In this document: positions 1-9,376 of the stretch, piece by piece
Numbering within the stretch: the stretch's first letter is position 1
Layout: each line of letters opens with the position of its first letter
IMG/VR virus record: IMGVR_UViG_2563366897_000009
DNA: 38,121 bases
Origin: a virus
Taxonomy: Duplodnaviria > Heunggongvirae > Uroviricota > Caudoviricetes
Reading direction: 5' to 3' (one strand)
Translations under genes and position numbers: made by a program
Notes under the pieces: model-generated
The model's database searches: none
Told to the model about the DNA's origin: nothing
Seen by the model: the letters and a program-made list of their open reading frames with translations, nothing else

Positions 1-1005
1 TTAATCCCCCGTGGACACTGCGTGGACACTTACGCCACCTTTCAGCGGATTAAGGGCCACCGCATCCTGCAGGTAATCCGGTGCAAAATGCGCATATGCC
101 ATTGTTTGCTGAATGGTTGCGTGACCAAGAATCTTCTGAAGCGCAATAATGTTTCCTCCGTTCATCACAAAATGGCTGGCGAACGTATGCCGCAGCACAT
201 GTGCAGCCTGGCCTTTTGGTAAATCGGGCTTAACTCTTTTCAGCGCCAGGCAGAATTCCCGGTACTTCACCTCAAACAAGCCGCCTGTTTCTCTGGTTTT
301 GATCGCCTCACAAACTGCCTGCGAAATTGGCACTGTTCTCTTCCGGCCATTTTTGGTTTCAAGAAACGTTACACGGTTATGAACTATCTGTTCACCACGA
401 AGCTTACAAGCTTCACTCCAGCGCGCCCCTGTGCTTAAACACAAAAGCGCAACACGCCAGTAGTCGCCCTCCAGTGTATCGAGCAATAGCGCCACTTCCT
501 TCTGTGACAGGAACGCCATTTCTCGTGGAGATACATAAAGAATAGAAATTCCCCTTACTGGATGTTCTGCATCCCAAAGACCTATTTTTTTCAGCACGGT
601 AAACATTCCGGATAACCGATTCATGTACCTGTTAGCAGATGACGGTTTCAATCCTTCAGCTATCTTTTGAGAACGCCACGCGATAATTTTCAGCTTATCA
701 AGATCCACAGCCTGCATATCAGCGCCAAGCTCATTGATTATGTTGCGCAGTTGTTTTCGGTCTTCTTCCGCCTTACGCCTGTGCTGGCCGTGATACATCC
801 ACCACAACTCAAGCAAATCATTTAGCGTTCGACGATCACGGTAGCCCTGTATATATTCCCGCTTTTCAGCGTTCGCCATGATGTAGCGTTCAGTGGCCAC
901 CGCTACCGATTTTTTGTCAAATACCTTACGCACGCGCTTTCCCTTGCGTCCGTTCGGCCTGATGTCCAGCAAATAACGACCATCTTCGAGCTTCTTAATC
1001 GACAT
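1..1005 (-). CDS. int: tyrosine integrase (P2 Int family)
   Basis: N-terminus MSIKKLEDGRYLLDIRPNGRKGKR resembles P2 Int as recalled; GGAGGG ribosome-binding site before the ATG at 1005; stop codon at 1..3. Confidence 0.85.
   Translation of the reverse strand: MSIKKLEDGRYLLDIRPNGRKGKRVRKVFDKKSVAVATERYIMANAEKREYIQGYRDRRTLNDLLELWWMYHGQHRRKAEEDRKQLRNIINELGADMQAVDLDKLKIIAWRSQKIAEGLKPSSANRYMNRLSGMFTVLKKIGLWDAEHPVRGISILYVSPREMAFLSQKEVALLLDTLEGDYWRVALLCLSTGARWSEACKLRGEQIVHNRVTFLETKNGRKRTVPISQAVCEAIKTRETGGLFEVKYREFCLALKRVKPDLPKGQAAHVLRHTFASHFVMNGGNIIALQKILGHATIQQTMAYAHFAPDYLQDAVALNPLKGGVSVHAVSTGD
11..29. repeat. attL core (left copy of 19-bp direct repeat GTGGACACTGCGTGGACAC)
   Basis: Matches 36941..36959 at 18 of 19 positions; lies inside the 3' end of the integrase gene. 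Confidence 0.6.
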
Positions 1006-1101
1006 TACGAAGCCCTCCAATGAACCGCTCTACAATTTCTCCAGCCTCTTTCCAGCAATAATCAGACCAGACAAAAAGCAGGTCTAACCAGTTTTCTGGC
1101 C

Positions 1102-1422
1102 TCAGCGGGATAATTTTTGGATTGTTTCGGTTGAAACGCGATCTCCCTCCGAATTGCAGGAACCATCAAGAGAGAGAGCCGGAGAAATTTGCCCGACCTC
1201 CGGCATCGTTTCATCTGTTGATAACCAATAAGCATACTTCTTAAATTTAGGGTGTTTCGTAACCTTAAGTAAGGCACCCTCTGTTACTTGCTTCCCCCTC
1301 ACCTCATAGTTAGTTACCGTCCCATAAGGCAGCCCAACACAATCCGCAAACTCCTGGCGGGTCATACCTTCTGCTTCACGAATCAGGCGAAATTTTTCAC
1401 CCATGCTTGACAAAGATGCCAT
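1102..1422 (-). CDS. C: immunity repressor C (HTH); start codon uncertain
   Basis: Short HTH protein (QEFADCVGLPYGTVTNYE) resembling P2 C as recalled, divergent from cox; several in-frame ATGs between 1422 and 1476. Confidence 0.7.
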   Translation of the reverse strand: MASLSSMGEKFRLIREAEGMTRQEFADCVGLPYGTVTNYEVRGKQVTEGALLKVTKHPKFKKYAYWLSTDETMPEVGQISPALSLDGSCNSEGDRVSTETIQKLSR

Positions 1423-1535
1423 ATCGGGCATATCCTCCATCGCAACATGCCACATCGGGCACAAACATAAAAACACTCAAATAAGCCGATATAAGCCATT
1501 TTGAGCCATTCGAACGAATTAGGGAGATTACCACA
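1423..1535. promoter_or_regulatory. divergent Pc/Pe promoter-operator region between C and cox
   Basis: Position between divergently transcribed repressor and cox; contains direct repeats of TAAGCC / AGCCATT that could be operator half-sites. Confidence 0.4.
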
Positions 1536-1823
1536 ATGAGCGAATCAGAGCTTGGGGGGTTCATTCAGGTAGCACCATATCCACTTGAAGCGGTGCCATA
1601 TCAACTATTCGCCAAGATGATCGGCCGCAAGGAATCCACAGTCAGAACCATGATTGACGCAGCAAAGCTACCGACAATTGACTTTGTGAAACCAGGTTCA
1701 GTAAAGACGCGTGCATCAGAAAACTGGGTATATCTGCCAGCATTTAACGAAGGCATGCGCAAAGCGTTTTTTGAGCAACCGAAAGAACGCCGCGACGCAT
1801 GGTTGTTGTGGCTGGGACTTTAG
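1536..1823 (+). CDS. cox: Cox (excisionase / early transcriptional regulator)
   Basis: 95 aa; motifs PYQLFAKMIG, WVYLPAFN and WLLWLGL resemble P2 Cox as recalled. Confidence 0.8.
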   Translation: MSESELGGFIQVAPYPLEAVPYQLFAKMIGRKESTVRTMIDAAKLPTIDFVKPGSVKTRASENWVYLPAFNEGMRKAFFEQPKERRDAWLLWLGL

Positions 1824-2287
1824 TCATAAATGACCAGCCATATCATCAGCGCCATTCTGACCCTTGTTTTTATTGAGATAGGCGTAATAGAGATCTATTT
1901 GTTTCGCAAGTTAACGGACATGAAGAACGCTTTATTGAACTCAGCATTGAATATATCGCCACTTATACCAAAGGACTTTTCCCGGCAGCTATTGGGGCGA
2001 TGTTTATAGCGTTTGTTATCTGGTTTATCGGGTGAGAAACCTGACAACCCACAACTACTGCAATGAGGGTAATTATGTGTGGCATGGACAAATTGGACCT
2101 TATGTTAATTGTAATACTATCAATTAACTTCGGTTACCTCTTAAGCGGCGCAATTCTCATGTGCGGAGGCAAACGAAAATGAACCAGCAGTCCGCAAAAC
2201 GTGAAAACAATGCGATGCGATTTAATCGCAAATATTTTGAGTTCGGCCTCTATGCCGGAATAATTAAATCTGTACAGAGTCTTTAAC

Positions 2288-2629
2288 ATGAAACAGCAAC
2301 GTAATTCACGCTTTCGCAATGGTGCAGAACGCCACGCTAACCGTTTTGCTACCAGTGCATCACGCAGCAACATCCGCTACAGCCTGAGTGATACACACGC
2401 AACGCCGGATGGCTACCCAGTAAAACAAATCGGCGAGCATGCCTGGCTGATTGAGAAAGCTGGAATCGTGATCCACAAATGCCCACGCAATCCGTTTACC
2501 GGAAACCGCATTTTTGCTCTAAGCAGTGGCAACAATCAGTTCGGGCAGGATTTCACATTATACGAAGCACTTCGCACGGTTGATCGTCTGCTTCGCGGGC
2601 AAAGTTTTATTAAACAGGCTGATTTATAA
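2288..2629 (+). CDS. hypothetical early protein
   Basis: 113-aa ORF in the early operon; its start overlaps a preceding mini-ORF (translational coupling). Confidence 0.5.
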   Translation: MKQQRNSRFRNGAERHANRFATSASRSNIRYSLSDTHATPDGYPVKQIGEHAWLIEKAGIVIHKCPRNPFTGNRIFALSSGNNQFGQDFTLYEALRTVDRLLRGQSFIKQADL

Positions 2630-2639
2630 CAGGTGCTTT

Positions 2640-2927
2640 ATGACCAAAGACCATGCACAAGGTGTATTTATCCGTTTTATTGATTTTCGCGGTGAACTGT
2701 TATTACGTGCATCCGCTATTGACGGAGTAACTCCGGCGGGTAAAAACGGAGCCGACGAAGCCACTTACGTTTATCTGAACGGCACGCGACTGCTTGTGGA
2801 ACTTCCGTACCAGACCGTACGAGAAATCATTAGCGAAGCTGAAAAGGCACGCCAGGTTAATGGCGATGAACCCTATATCGAAATTATTTGTATGGATTCA
2901 GAAGCTGAAATACAGAAAGCAGATTAA
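2640..2927 (+). CDS. hypothetical early protein
   Basis: 95-aa ORF starting MTKDHAQGVFIRF, placed directly after the previous stop. Confidence 0.5.
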   Translation: MTKDHAQGVFIRFIDFRGELLLRASAIDGVTPAGKNGADEATYVYLNGTRLLVELPYQTVREIISEAEKARQVNGDEPYIEIICMDSEAEIQKAD

Positions 2928-2938
2928 AGGGCGTTGTG

Positions 2939-3181
2939 ATGGGCAAAGAATATAAAACTCTCATTAACAAAGCACTTGAGCGTTTTTATTTTCGCTTAAG
3001 TGCATCAGGCGCTCATGCTGAACGTGCGGCCCGTGACTCATTGACCAGAGCAATCCGAAGTCTGTATGACGTGGCTTTTTACGCTGATGATCTGGATGCA
3101 CTTAACGAACTTTCCGAGCTGATCTGTGCCGCAGAGTGCGGGGAACATATTGAACCGTATAAGCTGGGGAATATCGCATGA
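2939..3181 (+). CDS. hypothetical early protein
   Basis: 80-aa ORF, tightly packed with neighbours. Confidence 0.5.
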   Translation: MGKEYKTLINKALERFYFRLSASGAHAERAARDSLTRAIRSLYDVAFYADDLDALNELSELICAAECGEHIEPYKLGNIA

Positions 3182-3291
3182 GTATATTTATCTCATGGCT
3201 TGTTCTGATTATTTCGGTGGCCTGCGCTATTGGGATTATGCGAATTATTCATTCAATAAAAAAGATTGAACGCTTTTTCACTGGCGAATAA
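3178..3291 (+). CDS. possible small membrane protein (37 aa)
   Basis: ATGA overlap with the upstream stop; hydrophobic core LVLIISVACAIGIM; below the ORF-track length cutoff. Confidence 0.3.
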   Translation: MSIFISWLVLIISVACAIGIMRIIHSIKKIERFFTGE

Positions 3292-3376
3292 CAGAGCAAA
3301 TAAAACCACAGATTAAATAAGAAAATGTAAAACAATCCGCATTCGCGGAGGTATTCGCACACGCCAAGGAGGCGTA

Positions 3377-3580
3377 ATGGCAATTAAGCATTTTCCTGTC
3401 GTTCGTTTTACCTCCAGAGGGCGTGAATACGAAGTCGACGAACGCCTGATTACCACAATCGACAAACACCGTTCAGAAAAGGATGCACATCACATCTATC
3501 TCACTGACGGCACTTACTTCTGCGCCACGAATGTGGTGCGGGTGAACCTTATCCGACAGGTACAGGAGTCACGCAGATGA
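3377..3580 (+). CDS. hypothetical early protein
   Basis: 67-aa ORF with an AGGAGG ribosome-binding site upstream. Confidence 0.5.
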   Translation: MAIKHFPVVRFTSRGREYEVDERLITTIDKHRSEKDAHHIYLTDGTYFCATNVVRVNLIRQVQESRR

Positions 3581-3822
3581 CCATTCTGGACTATATCGCC
3601 GCCAATCCGGGGTGTAGCGGTGGAGAAATCGCCGCAGCACTGAATACCCCAACCACAGCCATTAATGCGGAGTTACGCCGACTCTGGCGCAGCGGTTCAG
3701 TCATAAGAAAAGAGCGCAAAACAGGCGGTCGCTTTTCTTACCAGATAAACCCGATGCCGTTCGGGTGCGGCAATCCACTTACCAACATGTTTAACCAGCT
3801 ACTGAAGGAAGCCAGAGCATGA
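3577..3822 (+). CDS. small DNA-binding protein (winged-helix-like)
   Basis: 81 aa; MTILDYIAANPGCSGGEIAAAL...LRRLWRSGSV looks like a winged-helix fold; overlaps the upstream stop. Confidence 0.45.
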   Translation: MTILDYIAANPGCSGGEIAAALNTPTTAINAELRRLWRSGSVIRKERKTGGRFSYQINPMPFGCGNPLTNMFNQLLKEARA

Positions 3823-4118
3823 GCGCCATCAACCACCAGGAATTACGCGAACTGGCGACTGACCTGCAACGAATGGCAACGCCTCAAAAATTACTGGCGT
3901 TTCGCGCAATGCTCTCGCCGTCTGCTGTGCTGGCGCTGCTGGATGAGCTGGAGCACGCCAGAACCACACCTCTCGCCATTCGCCTGACGCTCCGTCATGA
4001 AATCGAGGATTTCTGCGCGACGTTGGAGGCGCCAGGCGAACCGGAAACGCCGGAAGCAATACAGCAAGAGCTGCTGCAACGCATTGACAAGGTTTTTGAT
4101 TTTTTTCTGAACCACTAA
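3819..4118 (+). CDS. hypothetical early protein
   Basis: 99-aa ORF, overlapping the upstream stop. Confidence 0.5.
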   Translation: MSAINHQELRELATDLQRMATPQKLLAFRAMLSPSAVLALLDELEHARTTPLAIRLTLRHEIEDFCATLEAPGEPETPEAIQQELLQRIDKVFDFFLNH

Positions 4119-4440
4119 GAAACCAGAACATGCACACACAAAAAAACCGCTTGCCATGCCGCAATCAGTCAGGTTACATTTCCGCTGCACCTCACAAAAC
4201 GGGTGCCGGGTTTCGCAGCCTGCTGACTACACAAGCGCACAACCGCGCCAGCGTTTTTTTTGTGCGTACTGTATTGCCACGTTTTTTTCGCGTCAGAATT
4301 ATGGCGGGGCGTACGGGGCCGACTTCGGTCGGGCCGGGTTCTTGTGTAGCCGGTACTGCGAACCTCGTACGTCTCGCCACCCACAGTTTCGCAGCTCTGG
4401 ATGGTGAGTTTTCACAACTTACTACACAAGGGGCCACACC

Positions 4441-4671
4441 ATGGCAAACCGCAAACCACACCGCGCTATCGCGGAGCGTCGTCACATCCAGACTGAAATC
4501 AACCGCAGACTTTCCCGCGCATCACGCGTCGCGCAAATCATGCACATCAATATGCTGCATGAGCGCAGCCACGCACTATCAAACATTTATTCCGCCTCTG
4601 TTTTCAGCTATCTGGCGGATGATCTGCACGAGCTTCAACAGCTCATCCAGCAGCAAAACAAACTCCATTAA
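4441..4671 (+). CDS. hypothetical small basic protein
   Basis: 76-aa ORF with an AAGGGG ribosome-binding site; follows a 320-bp GC-rich non-coding gap. Confidence 0.45.
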   Translation: MANRKPHRAIAERRHIQTEINRRLSRASRVAQIMHINMLHERSHALSNIYSASVFSYLADDLHELQQLIQQQNKLH

Positions 4672-4743
4672 CTCCTGTTCCGGGCCTTTCCTGCACCTTG
4701 CGGCGGGAGGCCTTCGCACATCTGTAACAAGAGGATTGCCGCA

Positions 4744-5109
4744 ATGATTCTCGCCAACGACTTTCTTGAATACCTGCTCAACACAGAACGTGATCTTGCC
4801 GCTCGCGTGCGTGATCGTTATGACATGTACCTGAAATCCCTGCCTGTACCGCAGCTCGCTGACGGAAAGATTGTTATTGATGGTCGCTACATGATTGACA
4901 GCCACGAGGGAAATTACAGGCTTTACCGCATTGAAGGTGGCACCCCGTCCGTTATTGGCATTTACCAGCGCCCATCCTCTGCAATCGTCGATGTGATTGC
5001 CGACAGCATCCGCATCACACATCGCCATGCCGACACAGAAGACACCGTGCTGGAAATTCAGCGGCTGGCTACAGTCTGCCGCGACACCCTGAATGGCATG
5101 ACGAAGTAA
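4744..5109 (+). CDS. hypothetical protein upstream of A
   Basis: 121-aa ORF with an AAGAGGA ribosome-binding site. Confidence 0.5.
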   Translation: MILANDFLEYLLNTERDLAARVRDRYDMYLKSLPVPQLADGKIVIDGRYMIDSHEGNYRLYRIEGGTPSVIGIYQRPSSAIVDVIADSIRITHRHADTEDTVLEIQRLATVCRDTLNGMTK

Positions 5110-5115
5110 ATCACT

Positions 5116-7938
5116 ATGACGGCAGAGTACATCAGGGGCTGGCAACAACCGCGCCACGCAGTGGGGCGTGAAGGAACGGGGATCCCCGCTCCTGAATCCG
5201 CGCTTTCCTCCTGGCTGGATGCCTACCGGGTAGAGAACGAGCACCGCCAGGAAATGGCTGATGCGGCGTTCTCCGCAACGCCGCTGGGCAACCTGATTAA
5301 TAAAAGCCTGAACGCACAGGAAAAACAGGACAAAACCATCACACTGGCAGGAGATGCCAGAAAACAGGCACGCGGCGCGGTGGATGAAGCCATGGCCTCG
5401 CTGCGCCTGCTGCCGTCCTATCTGCGCGATCCGCTTATTCGCCACCTCTCCTTCCTGCGCAAAAAACAGGAAGCCGATCGTCAGAAAGGCAAAAAGAGCT
5501 GGCAGGCTGAACGCTACGCGCGCGGAAACCTGCGCAAAATATTCGAACGTCTGGATCGCACCGATCACCGCTGGCTGACACAGGGTTATCGCTCCCTTGC
5601 CGGACGCGAACGCCTGGACGATTTGCTTTACCTGCCGCAGCTCAACAAACACCAGATACAGACACTGGCCACCATGACGGCGGCGATGTTCAGCAGCACC
5701 TTCGAAAAACTCTGCGATGGCTTTGGCGCGACCGATGGCGAACTGACCATGGATGTAACGCTGAAGGCGTATCAGATGCTGGCCCGCATGGCGTTACACC
5801 TGCACGCCATGCCTCCACATTATGACGCACTGACAACAGACAAAGACCGGAGGAACGAACCGGACACGGAGCTGCTGCCGGGCGCAATCCTTCGCCTGAC
5901 CTGTGCAGAATGGTGGAAACGCAAACTGTGGCTGTTACGTTGCGAGTGGAGAGAAGAACAACTCCGCGCCGCCTGTCTGGTTTCCAGAAAAACATCGCCC
6001 TATCTGAGCCAGGACGCGTTAAGCGAGTTTCGCGCACAGCGCGAGAAAACACGCGATTTCCTGAAAAGTTTCATGCTGGAAAATGAAGACGGGTTCACGA
6101 TTGATCTCGAGACGGTGTATTACGCGGGAGTAAGTAACCCGGTTCACCGTAAGGCAGAAATGATGGCCACCATGAAGGGGCTGGAACTTCTGGCCGAAGC
6201 CCGTGGCGACAAAGCGGTGTTTCTGACTGTCACCTGCCCGTCAAAATACCACGCCACAACAGAGAACGGTCATCCGAATCCCAAATGGAACGGGGCCACC
6301 ATGCGCGACTCCAGCGATTACCTGGTTAACACGTTTTTTGCGGCGGTCCGCAAAAAACTGAACCGCGACGGTCTTCGCTGGTATGGCATCCGCACGGTGG
6401 AGCCTCACCATGACGGCACCGTGCACTGGCATATGATGGTCTTTGCGCATCCGGAAGAAATCGACAGCATCGTGGCCATCACCCGCGATATTGCCATTCA
6501 GGAAGACCGCCACGAGCTGGGCAATGATATTACTCCGCGCTTTAAGGCGGAGTATGTCGACGGCTCAAAAGGCACACCAACCAGCTATATCGCGACCTAC
6601 ATCGGAAAGAACCTGGACAGCCGCGCCGTGGATGGCATCGACCCGAAAACGGGCAAGCCACGCGTTGACCACGAAACCGGAAAATCAATGGCCGAGAGTG
6701 TGGAGCGCGCCATCGGCTGGGCGCGCCTTCATCGGGTCCGCCAGTTCCAGTTCTTTGGCATCCCCTCCCGTCAGGTGTGGCGTGAACTGCGCCGCCTTGC
6801 CAGCCAGATGGCACGCAACCCGGAAGGCCCGCAACGACTGAAAGATGACGCAATGGATGCGGTACTCGCTGCCGCCGATGCCGGGTGTTTTGCCACCTAC
6901 ATTGAAAAACAGGGCGGCGTACTTGTTCCACGCAAAGACTACCTGATTCGCACCGCCTACGACCTCGCAGATGAGCTGAATGATTACGGCGAACAGAGCG
7001 TACAGATTTACGGGATCTGGTCACCACTCATCGGGGAATCCTCCCGTGTGTGCACGCATCCGGATAACTGGAAACTGGTAAGACGTAAACCGGAAACGGA
7101 AGACAGCGCCCGCGAAAATGGTTTTGACCTTCAGGGCGGCCCTGCCGCCCCTTGGACTCGTGGCAATAACTGTCCCCGTGTACAGGAAACGGACAACAAC
7201 GGGACAGAACAGCCGGAAGAACGGCCAGCACCGTGGCCGCAGCTCCCTGACGGCGTTGAAGTGAACGAATGGATGCGCTCACTGAAACGACACGAACGCC
7301 GGGCGCTGATGCGTTCGCTTCGTGACAAACAGGCAAAAAACAGCAGCGATGAAATGCAGAGCTGGACACAGAGCCGCAAACAGCAGCGGCCTTTGCCTGA
7401 TAACCACGAATTACTCGCTAAAGAATGGCGGGAGTCTGCTGAATCTCTCGGCCTGCATATCGGTGAACAACAGATGCAGCACCTGTTACGGGGCGGCAGT
7501 CTGTACGTTGACGGCAGCATCATTGCACCGCAGGGATTTGAAATTGTACGCAAACCGGATACCCGCCCGGACAGCCGAATCACGCAGCTCTGGCAGCGCC
7601 TGAGCCGTAATCACGGCGTAAGCAGCACGGAGATCCGCCATAACCCGGTCTCCAGCTATCTGGCACAGCTCGGGGCATCAGACCCCGAAGCCGCCGCACG
7701 CCTGGCATCCACACTTCAGCAGGTCCAGAACACCATGAAAACACCCGTTACCGTGCTTTCTGACATGCTGCGCGCCATTCGTGACGCAGAGCACGCACAG
7801 AGAATCAGAGAAACCACTGAACGCGCCCGCCGCAAAGCAAACCTGCTGAGGACTGGCCTGACCAGTGGAAACAAAAAACAGACAGAAACGGGATTCACAA
7901 ATCCCGTAAATGAGCAAAAAACGCGCCGCGATATATGA
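5116..7938 (+). CDS. A: replication initiation endonuclease A (rolling-circle)
   Basis: 940 aa; contains the HWHMMVF HUH-type motif and sits where gpA does in P2-like phages; I recall P2 gpA as shorter, so this copy has a C-terminal extension. Confidence 0.8.
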   Translation: MTAEYIRGWQQPRHAVGREGTGIPAPESALSSWLDAYRVENEHRQEMADAAFSATPLGNLINKSLNAQEKQDKTITLAGDARKQARGAVDEAMASLRLLPSYLRDPLIRHLSFLRKKQEADRQKGKKSWQAERYARGNLRKIFERLDRTDHRWLTQGYRSLAGRERLDDLLYLPQLNKHQIQTLATMTAAMFSSTFEKLCDGFGATDGELTMDVTLKAYQMLARMALHLHAMPPHYDALTTDKDRRNEPDTELLPGAILRLTCAEWWKRKLWLLRCEWREEQLRAACLVSRKTSPYLSQDALSEFRAQREKTRDFLKSFMLENEDGFTIDLETVYYAGVSNPVHRKAEMMATMKGLELLAEARGDKAVFLTVTCPSKYHATTENGHPNPKWNGATMRDSSDYLVNTFFAAVRKKLNRDGLRWYGIRTVEPHHDGTVHWHMMVFAHPEEIDSIVAITRDIAIQEDRHELGNDITPRFKAEYVDGSKGTPTSYIATYIGKNLDSRAVDGIDPKTGKPRVDHETGKSMAESVERAIGWARLHRVRQFQFFGIPSRQVWRELRRLASQMARNPEGPQRLKDDAMDAVLAAADAGCFATYIEKQGGVLVPRKDYLIRTAYDLADELNDYGEQSVQIYGIWSPLIGESSRVCTHPDNWKLVRRKPETEDSARENGFDLQGGPAAPWTRGNNCPRVQETDNNGTEQPEERPAPWPQLPDGVEVNEWMRSLKRHERRALMRSLRDKQAKNSSDEMQSWTQSRKQQRPLPDNHELLAKEWRESAESLGLHIGEQQMQHLLRGGSLYVDGSIIAPQGFEIVRKPDTRPDSRITQLWQRLSRNHGVSSTEIRHNPVSSYLAQLGASDPEAAARLASTLQQVQNTMKTPVTVLSDMLRAIRDAEHAQRIRETTERARRKANLLRTGLTSGNKKQTETGFTNPVNEQKTRRDI

Positions 7939-7979
7939 AGCGCGCACAAAACAGGCGAAAGCGGGATTTAAAAATCCCG
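7889..7979. repeat. two copies of an 18-bp palindrome (CGGGATTnAnAAATCCCG), 73 bp apart, upstream of parM; candidate parC-like centromere or operator
   Basis: Copies at 7889..7906 and 7962..7979; the first lies inside the 3' end of A, the second just before the parM ribosome-binding site. Confidence 0.5.
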
Positions 7980-8014
7980 TAAACGGTTAATTAACCAACA
8001 TAAGGAAAACCGAC

Positions 8015-8974
8015 ATGAAAATTTGTATCGACGACGGCTCCACCAACATCAAGCTGGCATGGACTGAGAATGGCGAACGCCGCAACGCCATCAGCCCGAA
8101 CAGCTTCAAGTCGGAATGGTCTGCGCCGTTCGGTGGCATGCAGCCCGCGAACTACATGCTTGATGGCGTGCGCTATGGTTTTGATCCGGTCAGCGATCGC
8201 TTTGTCCAGACGACCGACACGCAATACCAGTACAGCGATGTGAATGTAATCGCCATTCATCACGCGCTGGTCAAATCAGGCATCACGCCACAAGAGGTGG
8301 ATGTGGTTGTCACCCTGCCACTGAGCGAGTATTTCGAGACAAACGCACAGCCGGACATGGCCAACATCAACCGCAAAAAAGCGAACGTTATGCGCTCGGT
8401 GGAGTACCAGAACGGCGAAGCATTCACTATCCGTAACGTGCGGGTTATGCCTGAATCCATTCCGGCTGGCTTTAAAGCACTGGCTGACATGAGTCCGTTT
8501 GAATCCCTGCTGATTGTGGATTTAGGCGGAACCACGCTGGATGTGGCAAAGGTTCAAGGGCAACTGGCAGGTATCAGCCAGGTGTTTTGCGATCCACACG
8601 TAGGCGTTTCCCTGATGGCCGATGCCGTACTGTCGGTGATGGCCACTAACGGTATGCGCACCAGTCACCACATCGCCAATACCATTATCGAACATCGCCA
8701 TGATGAAGCCTGGCTGCGCCAGCACATCCACAATGACGCGCATTACGCCAGCCTGATGGCGGTTATTCGTGAAAAGGAAGAAACACTGAAACAACGCGTG
8801 ATCCGCGCGCTGGCGGTTTTTTCGGGTTACGGGCGGGTGATGGTTGTCGGTGGAGGGGCGGAGATTGTGGCACCCGCTATCCGCGAAGTCTGCGGAGTTA
8901 ATGCGACTTTCATCGCGGACGGGGTGCCACAGTTTGCTCTGGTTAATGGGCTGTACGCAATGGACAAGGAGTAA
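8015..8974 (+). CDS. parM: ParM/StbA-like actin-type partition ATPase
   Basis: N-terminus MKICIDDGSTNIKLAW and the motifs VMPESIPAG, DLGGTTLD and VGGGAE resemble plasmid R1 ParM as recalled. Confidence 0.8.
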   Translation: MKICIDDGSTNIKLAWTENGERRNAISPNSFKSEWSAPFGGMQPANYMLDGVRYGFDPVSDRFVQTTDTQYQYSDVNVIAIHHALVKSGITPQEVDVVVTLPLSEYFETNAQPDMANINRKKANVMRSVEYQNGEAFTIRNVRVMPESIPAGFKALADMSPFESLLIVDLGGTTLDVAKVQGQLAGISQVFCDPHVGVSLMADAVLSVMATNGMRTSHHIANTIIEHRHDEAWLRQHIHNDAHYASLMAVIREKEETLKQRVIRALAVFSGYGRVMVVGGGAEIVAPAIREVCGVNATFIADGVPQFALVNGLYAMDKE

Positions 8975-8978
8975 ACCA

Positions 8979-9293
8979 ATGACGACACCAACCAGACGGA
9001 TAAGTTTCTATCTGAAGCCCGCCGCCGTCAAGAGTGAACAGGAGGCGTGCAATTACCTCGATAGCCTGCCAGCCTCCGAACGCAGCCGCGCGCAACGCGC
9101 GGCCTTTCTGGCTGGGCTAGCGCTCATAAAGCGCAACCCAGCATTTGCCTACTGGATGGCCGAATGGCCAGAGGACAACCTCCCCTTCAATACCGTTAGC
9201 ATCAAGGAAACATACCAGGATAATCAGCCTAGCGGAGTTGAATGCAATTTTTATAAAATTGCAAAGAATATTCAGACCTTATTCCCAGAATAA
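8979..9293 (+). CDS. parR: ParR-like adaptor (ribbon-helix-helix)
   Basis: RRISFYLKP...LDSLPASERSRAQRAAFLAGLAL resembles the R1 ParR N-terminus as recalled; directly downstream of parM. Confidence 0.6.
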   Translation: MTTPTRRISFYLKPAAVKSEQEACNYLDSLPASERSRAQRAAFLAGLALIKRNPAFAYWMAEWPEDNLPFNTVSIKETYQDNQPSGVECNFYKIAKNIQTLFPE

Positions 9294-9342
9294 TCTGATA
9301 ATTGTATGTGAACTAATAAAATACAGACCAACACATCATTCT

Positions 9343-9365
9343 GGCACCCTTGCTAACAGGGTGCC
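9343..9365. terminator. hairpin between convergent parR and the membrane-protein operon
   Basis: 7-bp perfect stem GGCACCC / GGGTGCC; no clear T-tract. Confidence 0.3.
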
Positions 9366-9376
9366 AATGTTTCAAA

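Noticed and set aside
1-40. tRNA gene at the attachment site
   Set aside because: No cloverleaf-compatible sequence was found at either att copy; the core overlaps the integrase 3' end instead.
4130-4747. 205-aa plus-strand ORF spanning the GC-rich gap
   Set aside because: Biased Ser/Thr/Arg-rich translation; overlaps the better-supported small gene at 4441..4671 in another frame; the region looks non-coding.
4579-5652. 357-aa minus-strand ORF
   Set aside because: Antisense to the 5' part of gene A and the gene upstream; no ribosome-binding site and no protein-like features.
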